Shown: positions 8,855 through 17,127 of the stretch, piece by piece
Numbering within the stretch: the stretch's first letter is position 1
Layout: the number at the start of each line of letters is the position of its first letter
Origin: a virus
IMG/VR virus record: IMGVR_UViG_3300027806_000001
Span: 32,001-96,000 of that record
Direction: 5' to 3' (one strand)
Length of the DNA stretch: 64,000 nt
Notes under the pieces: generated by a model
The model's database searches: none
Told to the model about the DNA's origin: nothing
The model's input: only the letters and a program-made list of their open reading frames with translations
Position numbers and translations under genes: made by a program

Positions 8855-9832
8855 TCAGGTGAAGTCGACGCGGGAGAGGGCCGCGACGTTCGCGATGCCG
8901 CCGCCGAGCATCTCGTAGGCGTACCACGAGAGCATCGGACCCTTGCGCTCGACGAACATGGTCGTGTCCTCGAGGAAGTACAGGCGACCGAGGTACTCGG
9001 GCGAGCTGAAGAGGAACATCGTGTTGTCGCGGACGAGGTCGTCCTTGATCGTGGTGATCCAGTTGAGGGCGCACCACTTGTTCGCCTCGCCGGCCCAGCC
9101 GTTGACCATGATGTCCTGCGACATATCGCCGCCGACCTCTTCACGGGTCCACTTCTCGAACTCGAGCGCCGTCTTCTGGTTGACGAGGGCCGTCTGCGGG
9201 CGCAGGCGGGCGTTCGCAGCCATCATGATCTTCTTCGCCTCGACGACGTTCTCACGGGTGAGGCCGCCGGAAAGGGTGCGCCAGAGCTTGATGTTCGAAC
9301 CGTTCGGGCCGAACGGAAGGTCGACGTCCGCGACCATCGTGTCGTTCGAAAGGAGCGAGTTGCAGGTCTGGATGAACTTGCCGTCCTCCTCAGCCTGGAG
9401 GTCCTTCAGCGAGTTGTCGCTGATGACCTGGCGGATGTCGAGGTCGTAGTCATGCAGCTCCGCGACGTCCTTGTTGAACATCGGGGTCGCGATGCGGGCG
9501 AAGGTCACGAGCCAACGCTTGCCGTAGATGTAGGTGCCGGTCGGGAACTCGCCGAACGGGATCGACATCGCGCCAGGCGAATCGGGCTCGAGCTCGATCA
9601 CCTTCGACGGCTTGTCGGTCGAGACCTGCTTGGTGAGGTCGTCGCCGGTGATGGTCTGCGCCGGAAGGATCTTCCGGAGGAAACCCTCTTCGCGGAGACG
9701 CATGCGGATGAAGTCGGAAGTCGCCCGGCTGACCTTGATGGCCGACTCGGGGTTGAATTCCATGTCCTGGATGTGCTGGCGAACGACCTGGTTCGCGCGC
9801 TTCTCCATGTCTGTGAGATGCTCAAGGGCCAT
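8855..9832 (-). CDS. Major capsid protein, HK97 fold (encapsulin-like size)
   Basis: Order protease-scaffold-decoration-this gene-terminator. Motifs FIRMRLREEGFLRKILPAQTIT and IATPMFNKDVAEL. Extreme codon bias. N-terminal EKRA candidate cleavage site. Confidence 0.8.
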   Translation of the reverse strand: MALEHLTDMEKRANQVVRQHIQDMEFNPESAIKVSRATSDFIRMRLREEGFLRKILPAQTITGDDLTKQVSTDKPSKVIELEPDSPGAMSIPFGEFPTGTYIYGKRWLVTFARIATPMFNKDVAELHDYDLDIRQVISDNSLKDLQAEEDGKFIQTCNSLLSNDTMVADVDLPFGPNGSNIKLWRTLSGGLTRENVVEAKKIMMAANARLRPQTALVNQKTALEFEKWTREEVGGDMSQDIMVNGWAGEANKWCALNWITTIKDDLVRDNTMFLFSSPEYLGRLYFLEDTTMFVERKGPMLSWYAYEMLGGGIANVAALSRVDFT

Positions 9833-9868
9833 CTGGTGGTACTCCTGTGTGGATTCGTGGTTGGGGGA

Positions 9869-10546
9869 TCAGATCGCCGGCCACCAGTTGACGTAGAAGT
9901 ACAGCATGGGGACGCCATACTGGTTCTTGACGCCGCCGGAGCTGGTCGCGATGCCGATGACTTGGTTCGTGTTCTTGGCTCCGGTCACCGCGTATCCGTA
10001 CGTGGCATCGGCGCCTGCCGAAGCAGCCCACTGACGGATCTTGCCGCGGCCCGCCGTGGCGATCGCGCCAGTCGAGTCGAACGAGCTCGAGGTGTCCGCC
10101 ATGAGGAGGTCGCCGGCGGCGATTGCCGAGGCTGCAACCTGGAAAGCGGTCGTGCCGAGCTCGTAGGCGCCGGTGCCGACGAGGCACGAGATGCCGACGT
10201 TGCCTGCGTCCGCGTCCGCGCCGGTGCCGCCGGTCAGGGCCGGGGTGCCCTGGGTGCGGGTAGCGCGCTGCGAGGCGAAGTTGCCCTCGTAGCGGACGGC
10301 GTCGTTGTCAAGCGAACCGCCGCGGGCGAAGAGCGGGATCTTGTTGACGCTCGCAGCGCTGACGTTGCCTGCAGCGAAGCGGTTGCTGGAGTCGAGGAAG
10401 CCGACCATGCCGGCCGTGACGGCGTCGACATCGGCCTGGCTGGCGCCTGCCACCGGGCAAACGCGCGAGAGCTGACGCTCGTCCCACCATCCGCGGACGG
10501 GGTCGAGCATGTTCCTGGTCATCTGGGTGAGTGTCTTGTAGGGCAT
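9869..10546 (-). CDS. Capsid decoration / head stabilising protein
   Basis: 225-aa G/A-rich beta protein immediately upstream of the MCP, strongly biased codons. Confidence 0.55.
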   Translation of the reverse strand: MPYKTLTQMTRNMLDPVRGWWDERQLSRVCPVAGASQADVDAVTAGMVGFLDSSNRFAAGNVSAASVNKIPLFARGGSLDNDAVRYEGNFASQRATRTQGTPALTGGTGADADAGNVGISCLVGTGAYELGTTAFQVAASAIAAGDLLMADTSSSFDSTGAIATAGRGKIRQWAASAGADATYGYAVTGAKNTNQVIGIATSSGGVKNQYGVPMLYFYVNWWPAI

Positions 10547-10577
10547 TTCTGGATCTCCGAATCAAAGGATTCGATGG

Positions 10578-10585
10578 ATTTTACC
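10578..10585 (-). promoter_or_regulatory. Candidate late -10 element GGTAAAAT
   Basis: In an AT-rich intergenic gap upstream of the decoration/MCP genes. Confidence 0.5.
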
Positions 10586-10605
10586 GGAAAACGATTTTGT
10601 TCTCC

Positions 10606-10986
10606 TCAGCCGAGGAGAGCCTCGCACCACGCGGCCGAGGACTGCTTGTCGCCGGCCGAGGCCGTCTTGCGAGAGGGAAGGGAGCCGGGACCGCCGACCG
10701 AGAGGTTGCGAGCAGAGTTGAGCTCGGCCTGGAGGCTAGCGATCTTGTTGGTGAGCGAGCCGATCGTCTTGATGGCGCCTTCGTCGGTCTGGATGAACGC
10801 CGCGAACTCATCGCAGCGGTTCGGGTCGAGGCCGGCGTGCTTGACGAGCTCCTGGGCGCAGGCAGCCGCCTGCTTGCGAGTCTCGGGCTTCGCCGGCGCC
10901 GAGATGGCGCTGACGACCGAGGGGACGCTTTCCAGGAAAGAAGCGATCTTCTCAATGGTGGAAGCGGGGATCTGGATCTTGGTCAC
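10606..10986 (-). CDS. Small coiled-coil head assembly protein (K-x-A rich)
   Basis: 126 aa with KIA, KQA, KIA, KTA. GTGA-coupled to the scaffold gene. Confidence 0.65.
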   Translation of the reverse strand: MTKIQIPASTIEKIASFLESVPSVVSAISAPAKPETRKQAAACAQELVKHAGLDPNRCDEFAAFIQTDEGAIKTIGSLTNKIASLQAELNSARNLSVGGPGSLPSRKTASAGDKQSSAAWCEALLG

Positions 10987-12494
10987 GACTGGATTCCTTT
11001 GTGGATCAGATTGAGTTCGTTGCGGAGCCGGCTGGCCGAGCGAAGGGTCTGGAACTTGGCCCCTGCCCGCTTGACCGCGCCGTCACAGGTCTGGAGGAAC
11101 GCGGCCTGGGCTGCCGAGAGCCTGCTCGGATGCAGCTTGCCGGACGCCAGGAGGCTGGACACCTTGGCGAACGAGCGGACGTCGGAAGCCTTCATGCCCT
11201 CCTGCTGCAGGAGAGCCATGAGAGCGGCCTCCTCCTCAGGGGCGAGGGCAGGAGCGCCCTCAGGGCCCATGCCGGCCATTTCGGCGTCAGGAGCTCCGCC
11301 GCCGGCCGGCATGGCCGCCATGTCGGCAAGCACCTGCTCGGCGTCGTCCGAGGCCTCCTGGCCACCCTCTTCGGGCGACTCGGCGGTCTCTTCGGCGTCT
11401 TCGTCCTCCGAAGGATCCTCGTCTACCGAGTCTTCTTCGGCGCGCTTACGAAAGGTGCCACCCTTACGGGCAGCAGCTCCCTTCTTCTTGAGGGCCTCGT
11501 TCTCGGCCGCGAGCTTGGCGATGAGACGGATGGCCGCCTCCTTCTCGCCTTCGTCGGCCCAGTCCGGAACGCCGTCGCCGTCCGCGTCGGGCTTCTTGTT
11601 GTCGTCCTTCTTCTTGGCCTTCGGCGGCATCGGGGCCGAACCGCCGGCGCCGCACATCTCGGCGAACTTCGGCATGCCCTCGCGCTCGGCGAGGAGGTCG
11701 TAGAGGGCGATCTTGGTGATCGTGTCGTTGAGTTCGGCGCGCTCCGCGGCCTGCTTCTGAGCCTGGATGGCCGGGAGGACGTGCGGAGCCGCGAACTTGT
11801 CCATGACCAGGGTGACGGTCTGAACGAACGACTCCGCGTCGCGCTCGGCCGCCGACTTCATCTCCTCGCGGGTCGCGACGAGCTCGGCAGTGGCCTGGGC
11901 GCGGAGGGCGGCGAGGTGCTCGGCCGCCATCTTGCCCTCTTCCTCGCTCGAGTCGCCCTCAGGGAGACCGCCGCCGTCGCCGCCGCCGGCCTCGTCGTGA
12001 GGAAGCTTGTTCTTGGCCTTCTCGGGAGCCTTGCCCTGGACGTACGAGTCGCCCTCGGCAGCCTGCTTCACGAGGTTGCGAAGCTCCGCGGCGATGCCGC
12101 TGGCCTGCGCGAGGAAGTCCGCCGCGGCCTTGCCGCTCGGATGCGAGGTGCCCGGGTCGTTGTGGTCGGCGAGGTTGTACTTGCGCTCGACCTCCGGAGC
12201 TCCGCCGGTCGGACGCGGATGAAGACCCTTGTTGTTGCCCGGGTCGCTTTCCTGCGTCCCGTTCTGGATCTTCTTCGCGCTGTCGGTGCCCTTCGGATAC
12301 ATCGTCCGGTTGGCCGACGAGTTCTCGTCGTAGCGCGTGCCGGTCGAGACCGACCGGGTCTGGTCGTCGTCGCCCGAGTCGCTGCCACTGGGGTGAGTGG
12401 TCTTGAGGATCTGCTCACCGGGATTCTCAGCCCGCTTCTGGTTCATGCTGCGGAGCTGCTCGACGAGCGCACGGTGTTCGATGCTGGTTGCCAT
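10983..12494 (-). CDS. Prohead scaffold / core protein
   Basis: Acidic, low-complexity, helical 503-aa protein between protease and MCP. About 14 K-x-A sites and a DADGDG loop. Confidence 0.7.
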   Translation of the reverse strand: MATSIEHRALVEQLRSMNQKRAENPGEQILKTTHPSGSDSGDDDQTRSVSTGTRYDENSSANRTMYPKGTDSAKKIQNGTQESDPGNNKGLHPRPTGGAPEVERKYNLADHNDPGTSHPSGKAAADFLAQASGIAAELRNLVKQAAEGDSYVQGKAPEKAKNKLPHDEAGGGDGGGLPEGDSSEEEGKMAAEHLAALRAQATAELVATREEMKSAAERDAESFVQTVTLVMDKFAAPHVLPAIQAQKQAAERAELNDTITKIALYDLLAEREGMPKFAEMCGAGGSAPMPPKAKKKDDNKKPDADGDGVPDWADEGEKEAAIRLIAKLAAENEALKKKGAAARKGGTFRKRAEEDSVDEDPSEDEDAEETAESPEEGGQEASDDAEQVLADMAAMPAGGGAPDAEMAGMGPEGAPALAPEEEAALMALLQQEGMKASDVRSFAKVSSLLASGKLHPSRLSAAQAAFLQTCDGAVKRAGAKFQTLRSASRLRNELNLIHKGIQS

Positions 12495-12515
12495 GGATTG
12501 GTGTCCTTGAAAAGC

Positions 12516-13868
12516 CTATTGTAGTTGGTTCTGGCATATCCCGCAAAAGATCATCTCGTCCAGGTCCGCGGCCTCGCACGAGGCCTTGATGCTCCTGAAC
12601 GCCTCCAGCTGGTACCGGAAGTACTCCCGGTGCCACCCCGAGTCGACCCCGCAGGCGGTCTTGGTCTGAGCGCCAGGCGCCGTCGCCTGGCCTACGATCC
12701 TGCCCATGATGGGCTGCACGACGCTCCGATAGGGCCTGAGCCTCGAGCAGAGCTCCGCGATCTTACCTGAAACCTTCATTTCCGAGGGCTCGTACAGCGA
12801 GCTGGAGACCAGCTCCTCGGACTGGAAGGCGGCCGAGCCGCGGTCCATGGCGGCCTTGTCGAAGGACGAGGCCTCGCCGGCCGGGATGCGGTTGCCGGTC
12901 ATCAGCAGGTGCAGCTCGGACGGCCGGAGCACGACGCCGTTGTCCGAAAGGCCCCTCATGACGGAGTCCAGGTGGACGGGGACGTAGGACGCCAGCTTGG
13001 CGACCGTGTCCTCGACCTCGTCGCAGGAATCCAGGAGGACCGGCTTGGCGATTCCCTCGATCTTCTTCTCCATGCGGGAGAGCTTCTCGAGGATCCGGCG
13101 CTTCTGCTCGGAGTGCTTGACGTTCGAGACCAGGGTGGCCTCGAGGAAGGGAATCTGGTCCGCCGAGTAGCCCAGCTCCTCGGCCAGGGCGGCTCCGCCG
13201 ATCGGGCCGGCGCTGGCCGTCTTCAGGGTGTAGGCCACACGGTCGGCCGGGCGGACCACCCTGGAGATGTCGAAGAAGGTCGAGTTGGGGTTGTCCACGC
13301 CGACGATCTTGCCGTCGTCCATGATCTTGCCCAGGGCCTCCTTGACGTGCCAGCAGTACTCCCTGGGGGTCTTGGCCTTGTTCTCGCAGATGGAGCAGAC
13401 GTCGTGGGCGATCTTGCAGGCCATGGAGACCGGGTAGCTGCCCTTCCTCTCCAGGAGGGAAAGCTCCTCGGCGCACTTGGTGTTGTCGAGCTCCATGAGC
13501 AGCTCGACCCGGTCCATGTCGTCGTTGTAGAGGGCGGCCTTGACCGTGCCGTAGCTGGGGTCGAGGGAGGTGTTCTTGTGATGCCGGAAGACCTTGGCGT
13601 GGCTGATGAAGGTCGGATGGTCCCTGAGCAGGTTGGCGCGCTTCCAGCCGTCGCCGTTGCGGTTGAAGCCGAAGCGCTCCGAGGCCGTCATGGCAATCGT
13701 GTGCACGGCGGTCTTGTCCCGGCCGGGGGTGTAGCCGTCGATCAGGCGGGAGAACATGTTGGCCCGCTTGACCTGGCCGGAGTCGAGGCCCCGCGAGGAG
13801 AACCTGAGGATCTCCGACTGGGCCTCGTCGCCGAGGTTGAAGTGGTCCGGGCTGAATGCCTTGATCAT
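12516..13868 (-). CDS. Prohead maturation protease (HK97/herpes-like fold, with Cys cluster)
   Basis: GFNRNGDGW, KVFRHHKN (His), YPVSMACKIAHDVCSICEN...YCWH (Ser plus Cys motif). Sits directly upstream of the scaffold and MCP. Confidence 0.75.
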   Translation of the reverse strand: MIKAFSPDHFNLGDEAQSEILRFSSRGLDSGQVKRANMFSRLIDGYTPGRDKTAVHTIAMTASERFGFNRNGDGWKRANLLRDHPTFISHAKVFRHHKNTSLDPSYGTVKAALYNDDMDRVELLMELDNTKCAEELSLLERKGSYPVSMACKIAHDVCSICENKAKTPREYCWHVKEALGKIMDDGKIVGVDNPNSTFFDISRVVRPADRVAYTLKTASAGPIGGAALAEELGYSADQIPFLEATLVSNVKHSEQKRRILEKLSRMEKKIEGIAKPVLLDSCDEVEDTVAKLASYVPVHLDSVMRGLSDNGVVLRPSELHLLMTGNRIPAGEASSFDKAAMDRGSAAFQSEELVSSSLYEPSEMKVSGKIAELCSRLRPYRSVVQPIMGRIVGQATAPGAQTKTACGVDSGWHREYFRYQLEAFRSIKASCEAADLDEMIFCGICQNQLQ

Positions 13869-13877
13869 GGTTGACCT

Positions 13878-14951
13878 CTATCGCCTGATGACGTTGCGGT
13901 TGTCTTGGGTCGCCTCGCCGCCGAGCAAATAACCAGCTCCAAATCCCGCCGCCGGAATCCCGATGTCAATGCCAAAGTTCAAAAGGCGTCCCGCTGTGCC
14001 GCGAGGTATAGCCCGATTGATCCGTCTGGGATCAAGAGCGTAACCACCTGCAGGGTAACCAGGCCTGAATACGCCGGCCCCGCCTGGCGTGGTTACGGAG
14101 ATACGACCGACATCGGGATTGCTCATATCTCGCACGAATCCCTCGGCAGCATCCGGGACCTTTCCTTGAACCAGGTCCTCGCCAATCACGCCTCCACTCT
14201 GGTTCTTGCTCTCCAAGGAGACGCTGCTATCCGCATCAGGGTTGCCCATCAGCCGAAGAGCTGCAACTCGGCCCGCAGGGCCTCTAGCGGAGGGTGGGGC
14301 CGCCGGAATAGGAGCCGCAGCGCCCTCGCCTGCCAGAGCGGCCAGACTTCCCGGCTGAGGCCGTCCGGGCTCACCATAACCATACATCCAGGCATTCTGA
14401 TCGTCGGCAATCGGGATGGGTCCAGCTGGAGATGAAGGCGGTGGAAGAGGAATGGAGTCCGGCGGCAGGACCGGCACCAGCGAAGGAGCCTTGGAAGCCG
14501 AAATGACCGACGGAGCCCGACCTCCGCTGACCGTAGAGTTGGTGGCTTGCGCAATCAGGTTGCTGAGGAGCGAACGCCCGGTCGGAGATCCAGGGATGCG
14601 GCCAGCTGTTTCCGCCGGAGAGGCGGCAGCGACCGGAGGTTGATCCGTGAAAGCCTCCCTTATCGGCTTCCGCGAAAACGAATTCCTACCCAGGGCCCTA
14701 TTCGTACCGACCCGATGAATCTGCTGTCCCAGGGCTCTGCCTAAGCCTGCGCCCCCTAGTCCGAAACCCCACTGCGCCCACGGGTTCTCCGACCCGGGGA
14801 CAGCCTCTTGCGTCACCGCAAACTCGCCAGGTTTTGGATCGGCTCCAACCCGGCCCTGACTCACGGGAATAGTGCGCCGGCCCTCCTGGGCCCGCTTCGT
14901 GCGGGCCTGGGCGTACTTGGCCATGATGTCGGAGATGTCGTGTCGGCTCAT
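13878..14951 (-). CDS. Pro/Gly/Ala-rich protein with glycine-zipper segments
   Basis: Start re-called at MSRHDISDIMAKYAQARTKRAQ (ATGA overlap). Contains GFGLGGAGLG and GIPAAGFGAGYLLG. Most of the body has lower GC3. Confidence 0.6.
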   Translation of the reverse strand: MSRHDISDIMAKYAQARTKRAQEGRRTIPVSQGRVGADPKPGEFAVTQEAVPGSENPWAQWGFGLGGAGLGRALGQQIHRVGTNRALGRNSFSRKPIREAFTDQPPVAAASPAETAGRIPGSPTGRSLLSNLIAQATNSTVSGGRAPSVISASKAPSLVPVLPPDSIPLPPPSSPAGPIPIADDQNAWMYGYGEPGRPQPGSLAALAGEGAAAPIPAAPPSARGPAGRVAALRLMGNPDADSSVSLESKNQSGGVIGEDLVQGKVPDAAEGFVRDMSNPDVGRISVTTPGGAGVFRPGYPAGGYALDPRRINRAIPRGTAGRLLNFGIDIGIPAAGFGAGYLLGGEATQDNRNVIRR

Positions 14952-16237
14952 CGCGGGGACTCCTTGGCTGAATCGAGGCCGGTAAGCTTCGGCACGACCG
15001 AGTACTCCTTGCGCTGGTCGCGGATCCTGTCCTCCATCGTCAGCATCTGGTTCAGGGAGAAGTCGTCGATCTGCTGGCCGGCCTCGAGCCTGCGGCGAAG
15101 CATGGAGCGGAGCAGGGGCTCGTGCTTGGCGGCCTCCGGGGCGATCGAGACGATCTCCTGGAAGGACTGCTCGATGTCGTTCGGATTGCGGCCGGCCACG
15201 ATCGGATCGGTCTTGATCAGCTTGTGCAGCAGGCGGGCCTTGTCTATCCGCTCCAGCTGGTCCTTGAAGTCGGGCTCCATCAGGCTCTCGAGCACGCCCT
15301 TGCGGATCGCGTCGGAGGACGAGCCATGACTGGGAAACGCCGTCTGGATGGCCGAGCTGGCGGCCTCGGGGGCGATCATGTCCTTGATGCCGGACCGCTT
15401 CACGCCGGCCGCCTGGTCCAGCAGCTCCTGCCGCTCGATGCCGTTGACGTAGGCGTCGTGCTCGGCCTGGGCCACCTTGAGGGACAGGTTCCTGCAGTGG
15501 TCGAGGGTGCCGACGATCGCTCCGAGGGAGTTGACCTCCTCGACTCCGACCGAGAAGACTCCCAGGCGGCTCGAGGCCAGCTTGACGCACTCGTCCTCCG
15601 AGATCCCGGTGGCCAGGGCGACCGCGTCCGCGGCCTCCTTGCCGTGGCGTTCCAAGGCCTCGCGGGCCCACTGGGCCTTGCGGGTCCGGGAAACCGACGA
15701 GGTCTTGCTGCGGAAGTCCTCGACGGACTTGGCCAGGCTGGCCAGGGCCGACTCGTGGGCCGACCTGGCCTGCTCGACGGCAAGGCGCTCGGAGCGGTCC
15801 AGCATCGACGCCTGCCGCTGCATCTGGGCGAAGTCGGGCGCCGACGCCTGCTTGGACTGCAGGACGACGTCCTCGTTCCAGTTCGGATCCTCGAGGTAGC
15901 TGCCGAGCTCGACGGCCGACGCCAGCGGGTCCGACGCGACCTTGGACGGCAGGCTGACCGAATCGACCACCCTGCGCACCGCCTCCTGGGCGTCGATGAG
16001 CGGGAAGGAGTTGCCCCTCGAGTCCGTCGACGCGTGCTTGAAGTGGGCCAGGTGCGCCGCGCCGTTGTACGACTCGGCGGCCCGGAGGATGTACTCGGCC
16101 GGGTATTCGCCGTCGGATGCGGCCTTGACCAGGGCGTCCGTGGGGGCCACGCCCTGGTTGACCAGGGAGGCGGTCTTGCGGACCAGGCCCATGAGGCGCT
16201 CCTTGTTTGCCGAGGAGATGTGCTTCAGGTCGCTCAT
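14948..16237 (-). CDS. Head core protein, K-x-A rich
   Basis: 429-aa helical protein with KTA, KAA, KHA, KVA, KQA, KLA, KVA. Confidence 0.65.
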   Translation of the reverse strand: MSDLKHISSANKERLMGLVRKTASLVNQGVAPTDALVKAASDGEYPAEYILRAAESYNGAAHLAHFKHASTDSRGNSFPLIDAQEAVRRVVDSVSLPSKVASDPLASAVELGSYLEDPNWNEDVVLQSKQASAPDFAQMQRQASMLDRSERLAVEQARSAHESALASLAKSVEDFRSKTSSVSRTRKAQWAREALERHGKEAADAVALATGISEDECVKLASSRLGVFSVGVEEVNSLGAIVGTLDHCRNLSLKVAQAEHDAYVNGIERQELLDQAAGVKRSGIKDMIAPEAASSAIQTAFPSHGSSSDAIRKGVLESLMEPDFKDQLERIDKARLLHKLIKTDPIVAGRNPNDIEQSFQEIVSIAPEAAKHEPLLRSMLRRRLEAGQQIDDFSLNQMLTMEDRIRDQRKEYSVVPKLTGLDSAKESPR

Positions 16238-17127
16238 TGGCCGTCCATTTTACCTTTGTGCTGGTTTTCCACGAACCGGGGCGGGTTGTCCCCATACAGG
16301 GCAAGCATCTTGGCGTCGTCGGTGCCGGCCCGGAGCGGATCGGCCGGCATGGAGTTCTGGGTCATCAGGCCGTAGGTGAACGACTTGAGCATCACCGACA
16401 CGACCTGGGAGGCGAAGCCGTCCTCCTCCTTCTGGGGACCGGCCAGGGCCTCGATCTTCTTGCGCTCGTTGATGTTGTCCTTGGCCAGGCCGATCAGCTC
16501 GACCGCGTTGCGGGCGTTCGGCGTGACGCCGTTGGCCGCCTGGATGCCCTTGGAGAGGACCAGGTTGTTGAACACGGTCTCGAACATGGACTGCAGCTGG
16601 TGCTCCGAGCAGCGCTCGAGGGCCTCCAGCATCTTCCGGCCGCCGAAGACTGCCATGCGCTTCCACATCGCCTCCGTGCTGAACGGAGCGGACCTCAGGG
16701 TGGGCTCGATGACCCACCGGTTGATGTAGCCGTGGTTGCCCAAGTTGTCCTGGACGTCGAAGAAGCACTTCACGTACTGCTCGATGACCTCGGCCCTGTG
16801 GCCGACCACCGACGCCACCTCGGAGTAGGAGTAGCCGGCCAGGATCCGGGTGTCGACGTCGGTCCGGTAGGCCGGCCCGTGCTCGAACATCATCATGGCG
16901 TCGGCGACGTCCGGGTGCTCGTCCTTGTAGGCCTCGACCTCGTCGACGGGGGCCTGCCGGATCTTCTTCATCAGGTCGAACAGCCCGCGGACGTAGGAGT
17001 CGTCCTCCTTGCGGGGCTCGCGCCACTCGTCCAGGAGCTTGGAGACGTAGACATACCGCCAGTCGGGGCTCTTCAGCCTGCGCGGGGCGGGAGTCTTGTC
17101 GGAAAGCGGGACCTTGGCCTTGCGCAT
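16234..17127 (-). CDS. Hypothetical protein with possible helix-turn-helix
   Basis: 297 aa. The segment RILAGYSYSEVASVVGHRAEVIEQY looks like an HTH. Confidence 0.6.
   Translation of the reverse strand: MRKAKVPLSDKTPAPRRLKSPDWRYVYVSKLLDEWREPRKEDDSYVRGLFDLMKKIRQAPVDEVEAYKDEHPDVADAMMMFEHGPAYRTDVDTRILAGYSYSEVASVVGHRAEVIEQYVKCFFDVQDNLGNHGYINRWVIEPTLRSAPFSTEAMWKRMAVFGGRKMLEALERCSEHQLQSMFETVFNNLVLSKGIQAANGVTPNARNAVELIGLAKDNINERKKIEALAGPQKEEDGFASQVVSVMLKSFTYGLMTQNSMPADPLRAGTDDAKMLALYGDNPPRFVENQHKGKMDGQ
16247..16254 (-). promoter_or_regulatory. Candidate late -10 element GGTAAAAT
   Basis: 9 nt upstream of ATG 16237, embedded in the 3' end of the previous gene. Confidence 0.45.
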
